Shown here piece by piece: positions 30,596-40,897 of a DNA stretch of 44,505 nucleotides. A program made the position numbers and the translations under genes. Source of the DNA: Corynebacterium sp. (GTDB lineage Bacteria; Actinomycetota; Actinomycetes; Mycobacteriales; Mycobacteriaceae); assembly GCA_041830435.1 (NCBI GenBank), contig JBHAQQ010000095.1, positions 1 to 44,505 on the forward strand, written 5' to 3'. Positions within the stretch are counted from its first letter, which is position 1. Every line of letters starts with the position of its first letter. The notes beneath the pieces were generated by a model. The model made no database searches, was not told the DNA's origin, and saw only the letters and a list, made by a program, of their open reading frames with translations.

Positions 30596-32073
30596 ATGAC
30601 TCAGTCACATTCCCCTCACACAACCCAACAGCCGCCCATCGTTGCCAATGGAGGCGTACGCCGTGCACTCGAAGTGCGCCACCTGGTCATGATCGCACTC
30701 GGCGGTGTCATTGGCTCCGGCTTGTTCATCAGCTCCGGCTACACCATCACCCAAGCTGGCCCACTCGGCGCGGTACTCGCGTACCTCATCGGCGCAGCGG
30801 TGGCCTGGATGGTCATGGCTTGCATGGGAGAACTCGCGGTGCAATACCCACACGCTGGCGGATTCCATATCTACGCCTACAAAGCGCCATCAGCCCCGCC
30901 GCTGGTTTTGCCACGGCCTGGCTCTACTGGCTGTGCTGGGTCGCCGCCCTCGGCAGTGAACTCACCGCCTCCGGACTCCTGCTCCAACGCTGGTTCCCAG
31001 ACATTCCCGTGTGGCTGTGGGCACTGATCCTCGCCACCGTCCTGTTCACTATCAATGCACTCACTGTTCGCGGCTTCGGCGAAACAGAATTCTGGTTCTC
31101 CTTGATCAAGGTGCTCGCCGTCGTGGCCCTCATCATCGTGGGCGCCGCCGCGATGTTCGGATTCAACACCGACGCCCCAGCGCCACTATTCAATAATTTT
31201 CAAACTCCTGATGGACTCTTCCCCACCGGTGGAGCCGGAGTACTCGTCACCATTCTGGCAGTATTTTATGCCTTTTCTGGTACTGAACTGATCGCCATCG
31301 CAGCTGGTGAGGTGAAAGACCCGCAACGCGCAATCCCGGCGGCACTGCGCACCACCCTCATCCGGCTGGTGATCTTCTTCGTTGGTGCGATCACCGTGAT
31401 CGCCGCCCTCATCCCTTGGGAAACCTTGCAAGACATTTCCGGTAGCGAATCGGTGGAGAATAGCCCTTTCGTGATCGTCTTTGATCAGGTCGGTATCCCT
31501 TATGCTGCCGATATCATGGCTGCCATCGTCATCGTGGCCTTGCTCTCTGCAGGCAACTCGGGCCTATATGCATGTTCCCGTTTGCTGTACTCCATGGCAA
31601 CGGTGGGTCAGCTGCCTGCCATCTTCGGCAGCACCTCGAAGCGAGGCGTGCCCCTGTTCGCGATCGGCATTTCTATCCTGGGCGGCCTCGCCGCGCTGCT
31701 GTCTTCCGTGATTTCCCCTGGCGCTGTGTATCTCGCGCTGGTCTCCATCGCCGGCTTCGCGGTGGTAGCTGTGTGGATCGTCATCGTGGTGGCCCAGATG
31801 CGCAACCGACGCCAATTCCTCGCCGCCGGAGGCAAATTGGAGGACTTGGTGTTCCGCACTCCGCTCTACCCGGTTCTCCCACTGCTGGCCCTCGCGGCAT
31901 GCGTCATTTCTCTTATCGCCGTGGCGTTTGACCCTTCTCAAGTCGCGGCCCTGTACTTCGGCATTCCTTTTGTGGGCCTGTGCTATTTGGTGCACTGGTG
32001 GAACACCCGCCGCAATCCTCAAGGCATCACTTCACCAGCAGCGTTCGCGCCTCACGGATCTGCTCAGGAGTAG
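30596..32073 (+). pseudogene. mmuP: S-methylmethionine/amino-acid permease (APC family), frameshifted near 30884-30888
   Basis: [17 protein letters not shown] in the frame starting 30596; [32 protein letters not shown] in the other frame; adjacent to mmuM. Confidence 0.85.
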
Positions 32074-32899
32074 TCCTACAACAGCCCCCGATAATATTCA
32101 CTCCCGCGGCTTGCAGTAGTGGCACTGCCTCTACCAAGCCAAGGGAGTTTGCTGTTTCTCGGACCCAGGTACGCGCTTCATGATCCCAGGTTTCCCCACT
32201 GTTTGGGTACGCAATGATCGGCAGATCTAGGCCTTCGCGAAACTGCTCAACAACCCGCAGTGCCACCTCTGCACTGCAACAGTTCACACCGACCGCACAG
32301 ATGTGTTGGGCTTGTTGCACCAATGCAATGACCTCCTCCACTGCTGCTGGGTCTGCGGCGAGAACCCCGGTGATGCTCAGCGCATAGGGTTTTCCACTGC
32401 GGTCAAGGAGTTTCAACAGCGCCGCGACTTCCTCAATATTTGGAATGGTTTCCGCCAACAGGAAATCAGCTGAGGTATCAGACAGCACGGAAATTCTTTT
32501 CGCATGCCATGCCTCCAGCTCATCGCGGCCGATCCCGTATTCCCCGTCGTAATCTGTTCCCTGTCCCGGGCCCGCCCCGTAAGGACCGATCGACGCCACC
32601 ACCAAGCAGTCACCCTCCGCCGCTTCGCGGGCCAGATCGACACTCCGACGTAGTAAGGCCTCCGCCTCTTCTCCCAACGCCTCAAAGGTCACTTGGTAGG
32701 AACATGTAATCGCTACATCGGCACCCGCTGCAAAGAAATCCCGATGCGCCGCAGCAACTTCAGCGGGATGGTCCCGGAGAATCGCCGCCGACCACAACTG
32801 GCCAGTAATGTCATTGCCTCGCTGCTCGAGGTGGGTACCAAAGCCACCGTCCAGCACCAAGGTGCTTCCCAATTTCTGTTTCACCAAGGTGCTATCCAT
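32027..32899 (-). CDS. mmuM: Homocysteine S-methyltransferase
   Basis: LDGGFGT, LWSA, SIGPYGA, LAETIP, GVNCC, YPNSGE, IGGCCRT; start placed at ATG 32899 (TAAGCT 7 nt upstream). Confidence 0.93.
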   Translation of the reverse strand: MDSTLVKQKLGSTLVLDGGFGTHLEQRGNDITGQLWSAAILRDHPAEVAAAHRDFFAAGADVAITCSYQVTFEALGEEAEALLRRSVDLAREAAEGDCLVVASIGPYGAGPGQGTDYDGEYGIGRDELEAWHAKRISVLSDTSADFLLAETIPNIEEVAALLKLLDRSGKPYALSITGVLAADPAAVEEVIALVQQAQHICAVGVNCCSAEVALRVVEQFREGLDLPIIAYPNSGETWDHEARTWVRETANSLGLVEAVPLLQAAGVNIIGGCCRTTPEQIREARTLLVK

Positions 32900-33076
32900 G
32901 AACTCCAGCTTAGCTGTTGCCACCGCTGATGCCCGAAGCCTTACGGCACCAGGTTTGCGCTAAACTGAAGAAACGTTGAGAGTACGGCGTCGAAGAGACT
33001 CATTAGCGAACCGCCAATGCGAACCATCAACTCCTTACTCGCCACAATCACCGAATCAAACACCAAAGGAATTCCC

Positions 33077-34567
33077 TTGACGAACACCCCAGTTGCAGTG
33101 ATTGTGCTGGCAGCAGGCGCTGGCACCCGCATGAAATCCACGCTCCAGAAAACGCTGCACTCCATCGGCGGACGATCCCTCCTCTCCCATTCGCTGCACG
33201 CCGCAGCTGGCATGGAACCAACCAACATTGTGACTGTCATCGGACACGGGCGCGACCAGGTAGGACCAGCAGTGCAAACAGTCGCTGAAGAATTGGGACT
33301 CAACATCCCAGCCCCGGTGCAAGAAGAACAGCTCGGCACCGGCCATGCGGTGCAGATCGGTATGAGCGCACTTGAGGACTTTAGCGGCACCGTGATCGTC
33401 ACCAATGCCGACGTTCCACTCCTGCAATCCAGCACCCTCACCGACCTCCACCGCGCCCACACCGCGGCACCAACAGCGGTAACTGTCCTGTCGGTACAAC
33501 AAGACGACCCAACTGGATACGGCCGCATCATCCGCTCCGCCGACGGCGACGTAACCGCCATCGTCGAAGAAAAAGACGCCACCGCAGAACAACGGGCAAT
33601 CACTGAAGTCAACTCCGGTGTATTCGCATTCGACGCAGATATTCTCCGCACGGCACTCGGCCAATTGAAGTCGGACAACGCACAAGGCGAGCTGTACCTC
33701 ACCGACGTCCTTGGCATCGCCCGCGCCGCCGGCCATCCTGTGCGCGCCCACATGGCAACCAATGCCGACGAACTTGCCGGGGTGAACGACCGCGTCCAAC
33801 TGGCCGCAGCAGGAGCTGAACTCAACCGTCGTATCGTCGAAGCCGCAATGCGTGGCGGCGCTACCATTGTCGACCCTGCAAATACCTGGATCGATGTGAC
33901 CGTGACGATCGGCCAAGATGTCACCATTCTCCCTGGCACCCAACTGCACGGCCGTACCCACATCGCCGACGGTGCCACCATCGGCCCCGATACTACCCTC
34001 ACCGACACCACCGTGGGAACCGGAGCCACCGTCATCCGCGCCCACGGCCAAGAAGCCGTTATCGGCGCCAACGTCAACGTTGGACCATTCGCTTACATGC
34101 GCCCAGGTACCGTGCTTGGCGATGGAGCAAAACTCGGCACCTTTGTGGAAACCAAAAACGCCGCCCTCGGACGTGGCACCAAGGTCCCACACCTCACCTA
34201 CGTGGGAGATGCGACCATCGGCGAAAACACCAACATCGGCGTCTCCAGCGTGTTCGTGAACTACGACGGCGTGAACAAGCACCACACCACCGTAGGATCC
34301 AACGTCCGCACCGGCTCCGACACCATGTTCATTGCACCAGTAACCATCGGCGACGGAGTGTACTCCGGCGCTGGAACCGTCATCAAGGAAGACGTACCTC
34401 CAGGTGCGCTGGTTGTTTCCGGTGGCACACAGCGCAATATCGAGGGCTGGGTCGAGAAGAATCGCCCAGGTACCGCCGCAGCAGAAGCAGCCAAAGCAGC
34501 CCGTGAACGCATGCAAAACGGCGGCGAGCCAGCATCACCAACCACCGAAACCCACGCGCGGGGGTGA
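33077..34567 (+). CDS. glmU: Bifunctional UDP-GlcNAc pyrophosphorylase/GlcN-1-P acetyltransferase
   Basis: LAAGAGTRMKS, GTGHAV, GYGRI, ELYLTD, hexapeptide repeats; AAAGGA plus TTG at 33077. Confidence 0.97.
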   Translation: MTNTPVAVIVLAAGAGTRMKSTLQKTLHSIGGRSLLSHSLHAAAGMEPTNIVTVIGHGRDQVGPAVQTVAEELGLNIPAPVQEEQLGTGHAVQIGMSALEDFSGTVIVTNADVPLLQSSTLTDLHRAHTAAPTAVTVLSVQQDDPTGYGRIIRSADGDVTAIVEEKDATAEQRAITEVNSGVFAFDADILRTALGQLKSDNAQGELYLTDVLGIARAAGHPVRAHMATNADELAGVNDRVQLAAAGAELNRRIVEAAMRGGATIVDPANTWIDVTVTIGQDVTILPGTQLHGRTHIADGATIGPDTTLTDTTVGTGATVIRAHGQEAVIGANVNVGPFAYMRPGTVLGDGAKLGTFVETKNAALGRGTKVPHLTYVGDATIGENTNIGVSSVFVNYDGVNKHHTTVGSNVRTGSDTMFIAPVTIGDGVYSGAGTVIKEDVPPGALVVSGGTQRNIEGWVEKNRPGTAAAEAAKAARERMQNGGEPASPTTETHARG

Positions 34568-34705
34568 GTCGCGTATCCGAACTTGGGCAATTCCTTGTTC
34601 AATAAGCGCGCTGCCCACTAATGTGAAAACCGACAACTCTCATTGACTCAACCATGGAAGGCAATCGAAACGGTTGCCCACCTGGTTCCTTGGAAGGCAA
34701 AAGTA

Positions 34706-35677
34706 GTGTCCACAACTCACTGGATTGACAACCAGAAGAACCTGATGCTGTTCAGCGGCCGAGCACACCCAGAACTCGGTGAAGCCGTAGCACGCGAACT
34801 CGGCATCGAAGTAACCCCAACTACCGCCCGCGATTTCGCCAACGGCGAGATTTTCGTACGCTTCGAAGAATCCGTACGCGGTTCCGACGCATTTGTTTTG
34901 CAGTCCCACCCACAGCCACTGAACAACTGGCTGATGGAACAGTTCATCATGATTGATGCCCTGAAGCGTGGTTCCGCCAAGCGCATCACTGCAATCCTGC
35001 CGTTCTACCCTTACGCACGCCAGGATAAGAAGCACCGCGGACGCGAGCCTATTTCCGCTCGCCTGGTTGCCGACTTGCTCAAAGCTGCAGGCGCAGACCG
35101 TATCGTTTCGGTAGACCTGCACACTGACCAAATTCAGGGCTTCTTCGACGGTCCAGTGGATCACATGCACGCCATGCCAATCCTCACCGACTATGTTCGC
35201 AAGAACTACAACCTGGACAATATCTGCGTTGTCTCCCCAGATGCCGGTCGTGTAAAGGTGGCCGAAAAGTGGGCAAATGTCCTCGGTGACGCACCATTGG
35301 CCTTCATCCACAAGACCCGCGACATCGACGTCGCCAACAAGGTGACCGCCAACCGTGTGGTTGGTGATGTAGCTGGCCGAACCTGCGTATTGCTCGACGA
35401 CATGATCGACACCGGCGGCACCATTGCCGGCGCAGTAGGTGTTTTGCGCGACGCTGGTGCCGGCGATGTCATCATCGTTACCACCCACGGTGTGTTCTCT
35501 GACCCAGCCCGCGAACGCCTCTCCTCCTGCGGTGCTCGTGAAATCATCACCACGGATACCCTTCCGCAGAACACCGAAGGCTGGGACAACCTGACCGTCC
35601 TGTCCATCGCTCCACTGCTGGCTAAGACCATCCGTGAAATTTTCGAAAATGGTTCCGTAACCACCCTGTTCGAGTAA
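34706..35677 (+). CDS. prs: Ribose-phosphate pyrophosphokinase
   Basis: FANGEI, YARQDKK, VSPDAG, LDDMIDTGGT; GGAAGG plus GTG at 34706. Confidence 0.97.
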   Translation: MSTTHWIDNQKNLMLFSGRAHPELGEAVARELGIEVTPTTARDFANGEIFVRFEESVRGSDAFVLQSHPQPLNNWLMEQFIMIDALKRGSAKRITAILPFYPYARQDKKHRGREPISARLVADLLKAAGADRIVSVDLHTDQIQGFFDGPVDHMHAMPILTDYVRKNYNLDNICVVSPDAGRVKVAEKWANVLGDAPLAFIHKTRDIDVANKVTANRVVGDVAGRTCVLLDDMIDTGGTIAGAVGVLRDAGAGDVIIVTTHGVFSDPARERLSSCGAREIITTDTLPQNTEGWDNLTVLSIAPLLAKTIREIFENGSVTTLFE

Positions 35678-35747
35678 GCATTCGCCAAGATTGCCCACCA
35701 ACGGGATTCATCTACGGGATTCACCCTCCCGTCCCACGCGTCGGCCC

Positions 35748-36017
35748 TTGCCCAGACAACTGCTCATACGCTAGAATGAGCAACAGTCTCGGCGAGGGCC
35801 GATTCTTTTTGTTGACTTCAACCGCCAACGGTTGTGACAAATAGGATTAGCCGTTATCGGCGCGAACCGTTCAAACCAATTCTCAACTTGGCGTTGCCAA
35901 TTCCATTGGGATGATTCTTGAACAGTATTTTCGCCGCGAGTACCGCGGCATTTTTTATGCCCGCACCCCACTCGCTCGAAGACCACGACCCTAACACACT
36001 GATCCAAGGAGATCCCC
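35748..36017 (+). promoter_or_regulatory. rplY promoter and long structured 5' leader
   Basis: TTGCCC(35748-53)-18nt-TAGAAT(35772-77), implying a ~230-nt UTR with a nested hairpin around AACCG-ccaa-CGGTT. Confidence 0.55.
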
Positions 36018-36653
36018 ATGGCAGAATTGACCCGCCTTTCCGCAGAGGCCCGCAACGAGTTCGGCAAGGGTGCATCCCGTCGCCTGCGCCGCGCCGGCCG
36101 CATCCCAGCAGTTATCTACGGCAACCACGAAGAGCCAGTACACGTACACGTTGACAACCTCGAGTTCCACGCAGTTCTGCGTAACGAAGGCGTAAACGCC
36201 GTTGTTGAGTTGGTTCTGGAAGGTGCTGAGCACCTCGTCATGATCAAGTCCGTTGATCAAAACGTACTCACCCTCGAAGCTGACCACGCTGACCTCATGA
36301 ACGTCAAGCGCGGCGAAAAGGTTGAGGTTGAGGTACCAGTTGTCGTCACCGGCACCCCAGCACCAGGCGCACTGGCAATGCAGGATGCAGACACCGTAGC
36401 AATCTCCGTCGAGGTACTGCACATTCCTGAAGAAATCGAAGTAAACATCGAAGGCAAGGAAATCCACCAGCACGTAACCGCAGCTGACCTGGTGCTCCCA
36501 GCAGGTGCAGAACTCGTATCCGAGCCAGATACCCTCATCGTCAACATCATCGAGCCAGTTGAGGAAGAACTTCCTGAACCAGGCGAAGAAGGCGCAGCAG
36601 ACGCAGTTGGCGACGTCAACGCTGAGGAATCCGCAGAAGAATCCGCTGAGTAA
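36018..36653 (+). CDS. rplY: 50S ribosomal protein bL25/Ctc
   Basis: GKGASRRLRRAGRIPAVIYG, HADL, acidic tail; AAGGAG RBS. Confidence 0.96.
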   Translation: MAELTRLSAEARNEFGKGASRRLRRAGRIPAVIYGNHEEPVHVHVDNLEFHAVLRNEGVNAVVELVLEGAEHLVMIKSVDQNVLTLEADHADLMNVKRGEKVEVEVPVVVTGTPAPGALAMQDADTVAISVEVLHIPEEIEVNIEGKEIHQHVTAADLVLPAGAELVSEPDTLIVNIIEPVEEELPEPGEEGAADAVGDVNAEESAEESAE

Positions 36654-36704
36654 CACTCACAGCACTGGCTAGCGCCAAGCCAACCAAATACGGCGCACAA
36701 CCCT

Positions 36705-36740
36705 AAAAGCGGGGAGGACCACCACGTCCTCCCCGCTTTT
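36705..36740 (+). terminator. Intrinsic terminator after rplY
   Basis: AAAAGCGGGGAGGAC-caccac-GTCCTCCCCGCTTTT. Confidence 0.88.
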
Positions 36741-36789
36741 GCACAACCAAGGTTAGGAAAACTCCCCACCGCAACATAAACTCATCACT

Positions 36790-37365
36790 ATGAGCGAAAC
36801 CCAATCATGGCTGGTCGTGGGACTCGGCAACCCCGGGCCGCAATACCACAACACCCGCCACAACATCGGCCGCATGGCACTAGCCGAACTCGCCAACCGC
36901 CAAATCCCCACCGCCACCCTCTCCACGCACAAACGCTCAAACGCCGACATCGCAGAAGTACGCTTCACCACCCGCGCAGAGGCGTCGAATATCCACATGA
37001 TCCTCGCGCAACCACGCACCTACATGAACCTCTCCGGCGGACCCGTAGCAGCGCTCACATCCTTCTTCAATATCCCACCCGAGCGCGTCATCGTGATCCA
37101 CGACGAACTCGAACTCAACCCCTGGGCAGTCAACGCCCGACTCGGCGGAGGCGACAAAGGCCACAATGGGCTCAAAGACATCAGCAAAGCTCTCGGCACC
37201 AAAGAATATTGGCGCATACGGTGCGGAATTGGCCGCCCTCCAGGACGGATGGATCCAGCTGCCTATGTCCTCAAACGCTTCCCCAACAGCGAAGAAGCCG
37301 ATGTTGCAATCATGTGCGCCGACGCCGCCGATGCCATCGAACGCATCATCTCCGAAACTCCATAA
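36790..37365 (+). CDS. pth: Peptidyl-tRNA hydrolase, copy 1
   Basis: GLGNPG, TRHNIG, YMNLSG, HDEL, GHNGL, GIGRP. Confidence 0.95.
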   Translation: MSETQSWLVVGLGNPGPQYHNTRHNIGRMALAELANRQIPTATLSTHKRSNADIAEVRFTTRAEASNIHMILAQPRTYMNLSGGPVAALTSFFNIPPERVIVIHDELELNPWAVNARLGGGDKGHNGLKDISKALGTKEYWRIRCGIGRPPGRMDPAAYVLKRFPNSEEADVAIMCADAADAIERIISETP

Positions 37366-37401
37366 ACCCACACACAAGGTCAACGAAACACAAGCACACC
37401 C

Positions 37402-38082
37402 ATGGGATTCCTCAACAACGTTCGCGCCCGCCTCAGCAGCCTCCTCGGCAAGTCACCAGCAGCCGGTGCCACGGCAACCGAAAACACCACCGTCGAAGCC
37501 CCAACCTGGCTAATCATCGGCCTGGGAAACCCCGGTACAAAATACGCCACAACCAGGCACAATATTGGCTACTGGGTCATCGATGCCCTCTTGGAAGAAC
37601 ACGGCACCAGCCTCAAACCCGCTGGCCGAACCCCGGCACACATAGCCCACGTCCGCATCGCAGATCAGCCCGTTGCGCTCGTTCGCTCCACCACCTACAT
37701 GAACGAATCAGGCCTAGCTGTTGGCCCGCTGGCACAGCAATGGAACATCCCCGCAGAGCGGATCATTGTTGTCCACGACGAAATGGACATCGCCGCCGGG
37801 CTCGTGCGCATCAAACATCGCGGTGGCGAAGGAGGACACAACGGGCTGCGCTCCATCAGCGCAGAACTCACCACGCAGCAATACCTCCGCGTCCGCCTCG
37901 GGATCGGCCGCCCGCCACAGGGCACGAGCGTTATCGACTATGTCCTCAGCAGCTTCACCGAGGCAGAACGCGAACACGTTGAACGCGCCGTCACGCATGG
38001 TGCCGACGCTGTACGCCTAGTGATCACCGAAGGCATCGACAAAGCTCGCAACGACATCCACACCCGGGATCGCGCGAGCTAG
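37402..38082 (+). CDS. pth: Peptidyl-tRNA hydrolase, copy 2, with N-terminal extension
   Basis: GLGNPG, TRHNIG, YMNESG, HDEMD, GGHNGL, GIGRP. Confidence 0.95.
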   Translation: MGFLNNVRARLSSLLGKSPAAGATATENTTVEAPTWLIIGLGNPGTKYATTRHNIGYWVIDALLEEHGTSLKPAGRTPAHIAHVRIADQPVALVRSTTYMNESGLAVGPLAQQWNIPAERIIVVHDEMDIAAGLVRIKHRGGEGGHNGLRSISAELTTQQYLRVRLGIGRPPQGTSVIDYVLSSFTEAEREHVERAVTHGADAVRLVITEGIDKARNDIHTRDRAS

Positions 38083-38116
38083 GTTGCCTCGCCCAGGTTG
38101 GGTAGGCTGTGTATCT

Positions 38117-39760
38117 ATGAGTATTGTTGCCGAAGCTTCGCGTCGTCGTACCTTTGCCGTTATCGCCCACCCGGACGCCGGTAAGTCCACGCTCACCGAG
38201 GCTCTCGCGCTCCACGCGCACATGATCAAGGAAGCCGGCGCGGTCCACGGCAAAGCGGGGCGCAAGGCCACCGTTTCTGACTGGATGGAAATGGAGAAAG
38301 ACCGCGGCATTTCCATTGCGTCCTCGGCGCTGCAATTTGAATATGCCCCGGCTGGTCACGACGGCGAACCGTACATGATAAACCTCGTCGACACCCCTGG
38401 CCACTCAGACTTCTCGGAAGATACCTACCGTGTGCTTTCAGCAGTCGATGCTGCGGTGATGTTGATCGACGCCGCGAAAGGCCTGGAGCCGCAAACCCTG
38501 AAGCTCTTTCGCGTATGTAAAGCGCGTGGCTTGCCAATCATCACCGTCATCAACAAGTGGGACCGTCCAGGTAGGACCCCGCTTGAGTTGGTCGATGAGA
38601 TCGTAAATGAAATCCAGCTCCAACCCACTCCCCTGTTCTGGCCAGTGGGCGAAGCTGGGGATTTCCGTGGGCTTGCCCGAATCAATGCAGACGGTGAAGC
38701 CGAGGAGTATATCCACTTCCTCCGCACCGCCGGCGGGTCCACGATTGCCCCAGAGGAGCACTATGATCCTGCGGCAGCGGCAGCAAAGGAAGCCGACGCC
38801 TGGACAAATGCAGCTGAAGAGGTGGAACTCCTGGCTGCTGATGGCGCACTGCATGATCAGGAATTGTTCCTCGATTGCACCACCTCACCGTTGATCTTCG
38901 CTTCTGCAATGTTGAACTTCGGTGTGCATCAAATTCTGGATACCCTGTGCGAACTTGCTCCTGCCCCGGCGGGACGCGACGCCGACCCGGCGGTATTGGA
39001 AGCCGCCGCTGGGGGCAATAGCGGTGCGGTGGATGACCGTCGAGAACCAGCCGATGACTTCGCCGGTGTGGTGTTCAAGGTGCAAGCCGGCATGGACAAA
39101 AACCACCGCGACTCATTGGCATTCATGCGGGTGGTTTCCGGAGTATTTGAACGCGGCATGCAGGTTACCCATGCCCAATCTGGTCGGAGTTTCTCCACGA
39201 AGTACGCGTTGACGGTATTCGGCCGGACGCGTTCCACGGTAGAGGCGGCATATCCTGGCGACATTGTGGGCTTGGTTAATGCTGGTTCCCTGGCCCCTGG
39301 TGACACTATTTTTGCCGGCAAGAAGATTCAGTTCCCGCCAATGCCGCAGTTCGCCCCTGAGCATTTCCGCACGCTGCGCGCCAAATCCTTGGGCAAGTAC
39401 AAGCAGTTCCGTAAGGCCTTGGATCAACTTGCCGCGGAAGGTGTGGTGCAGATTCTTCGCAATGACGCTCGTGGCGATGCAGCGCCCGTCATGGCGGCAG
39501 TGGGCCCAATGCAGTTTGAGGTCATGATGGCGCGCATGGAGCTGGAATACAATGTAGAAACGGTGGCTGATCCAATTCCGTACTCCATTGCGCGGCGTAC
39601 CACCCCGGAGACGGCACCGGAATTGGCGAAGCAACGTGGGGTGGAGATTTTCACCCGTACTGATGGTGAATTGATTGCGCTATTTGGCGATAAGTGGAAA
39701 TTGGCGTTTATTGAGAAGGAACACCCAGAGTTCGAATTGTTCGCGCTAGTTGCTGACTAA
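38117..39760 (+). CDS. prfC: Peptide chain release factor 3
   Basis: RRRTFAVIAHPDAGKS, SDWMEME, DTPGH, NKWD; start ATG 38117. Confidence 0.96.
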   Translation: MSIVAEASRRRTFAVIAHPDAGKSTLTEALALHAHMIKEAGAVHGKAGRKATVSDWMEMEKDRGISIASSALQFEYAPAGHDGEPYMINLVDTPGHSDFSEDTYRVLSAVDAAVMLIDAAKGLEPQTLKLFRVCKARGLPIITVINKWDRPGRTPLELVDEIVNEIQLQPTPLFWPVGEAGDFRGLARINADGEAEEYIHFLRTAGGSTIAPEEHYDPAAAAAKEADAWTNAAEEVELLAADGALHDQELFLDCTTSPLIFASAMLNFGVHQILDTLCELAPAPAGRDADPAVLEAAAGGNSGAVDDRREPADDFAGVVFKVQAGMDKNHRDSLAFMRVVSGVFERGMQVTHAQSGRSFSTKYALTVFGRTRSTVEAAYPGDIVGLVNAGSLAPGDTIFAGKKIQFPPMPQFAPEHFRTLRAKSLGKYKQFRKALDQLAAEGVVQILRNDARGDAAPVMAAVGPMQFEVMMARMELEYNVETVADPIPYSIARRTTPETAPELAKQRGVEIFTRTDGELIALFGDKWKLAFIEKEHPEFELFALVAD

Positions 39761-39762
39761 CG

Positions 39763-40824
39763 TCAGCTCCCCTGCACGTCGTCCAGGAGGTCTTCCCAGT
39801 ATTGGGCGTCCACTTCGGTGGCAGTGGCCGGTTGGAATGCTGGCTTGCGGTCCTTGTCGACCAGCACTGCTCGCACTCCCTCTGCGAAATTTGGCCGACG
39901 GCGGAGCGCGTCACCCACCGCTTTTTCCATCCGCAATGCTGTGGCAAGGTCGACATGCTGCGCACGACGGAACAACGCAAAGCCCGCCACCAGGGATTCT
40001 GGGTTGGCAGTATCCAATTGTTCCTTCACAGCAAGCGCAAACTCATCCGTTGGATCCTGTTCTACCCAACTGCGCATTTCTTGCTCCACTTCCACCCACG
40101 TAGGGTGTGAACATGCCGCAATGATGCGGTCGCGTTCCCGTTGCAACACTGACTCGCCGAATCGTTGCGCATATTCTTCTGCGGGGTGTGCCACCGCAGG
40201 CAGTGCCTCCCACAATGGGGTGCGCACCAATTCCAGTCGGAGCGTTTGGTAATCCGGAACTGCGTGGGTTGCCAATCCGGTGTACAGCATATCCGCGGCA
40301 TGCAAACGCCAGCCGGTCATGCCGATGAAGGTTCCCAGCTCTGGCCCCACAGACAGGTGCGTCAGGACGTGCGACATGCCCACATCAGGAACAAACCCGA
40401 TGGCCATTTCTGGCATTGCGCCCAGGGTACGTTCCGTGACGATGCGGTGAGAACCGTGTGCAGAGATGCCGAATCCACCACCCATAACAACACCCTCAAG
40501 CATTGCAATGATGGGTTTGTTGTACCGTGCCATATCGAGATTCAGGGCATACTCTTCGGCGAAGAACTCATCCCCTGCTGAAAAATCACCCGCAAGATCC
40601 GTTTCTCGGACACTGCGGACATCACCACCGGCACAAAATGCCCGGTCTTCGGTTGAAGCAATGATGACCAGGAGAATGGAATCATCACCGGCAAAGGTAT
40701 CCAATGCCCGTTGTAAGGTTTTGATCATCCCCAGGTTCAGGCTGTTTAAGGCCTTTGGTCGGTCAAGCTCGATAATTCCACATGCACCTTCAACAAGTAC
40801 CCTGACATCATCATTGCTTCTCAT
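39763..40824 (-). CDS. 3-hydroxyisobutyryl-CoA hydrolase-like crotonase family protein
   Basis: RPKALNSL, FCAGGDV, GVVMGGG, MPEMAIGFVPDVG, FAEGVRAVLVDKD. Confidence 0.9.
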   Translation of the reverse strand: MRSNDDVRVLVEGACGIIELDRPKALNSLNLGMIKTLQRALDTFAGDDSILLVIIASTEDRAFCAGGDVRSVRETDLAGDFSAGDEFFAEEYALNLDMARYNKPIIAMLEGVVMGGGFGISAHGSHRIVTERTLGAMPEMAIGFVPDVGMSHVLTHLSVGPELGTFIGMTGWRLHAADMLYTGLATHAVPDYQTLRLELVRTPLWEALPAVAHPAEEYAQRFGESVLQRERDRIIAACSHPTWVEVEQEMRSWVEQDPTDEFALAVKEQLDTANPESLVAGFALFRRAQHVDLATALRMEKAVGDALRRRPNFAEGVRAVLVDKDRKPAFQPATATEVDAQYWEDLLDDVQGS

Positions 40825-40897
40825 GTATCCATACTTTCATGTATCGATTCCGCTTGCATACTTTTGCAGCAAATTTTTCTGAACACTTACAATCAAG

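Noticed and set aside
30417-30599. 60-aa ORF spanning the right att repeat, and the similar 72-aa ORF at 29000-29218
   Set aside because: Both are read-throughs of tRNA/att sequence.
35701-35723. 10-bp direct repeat ACGGGATTCA after prs
   Set aside because: Only two copies; likely a local duplication with no supporting context.
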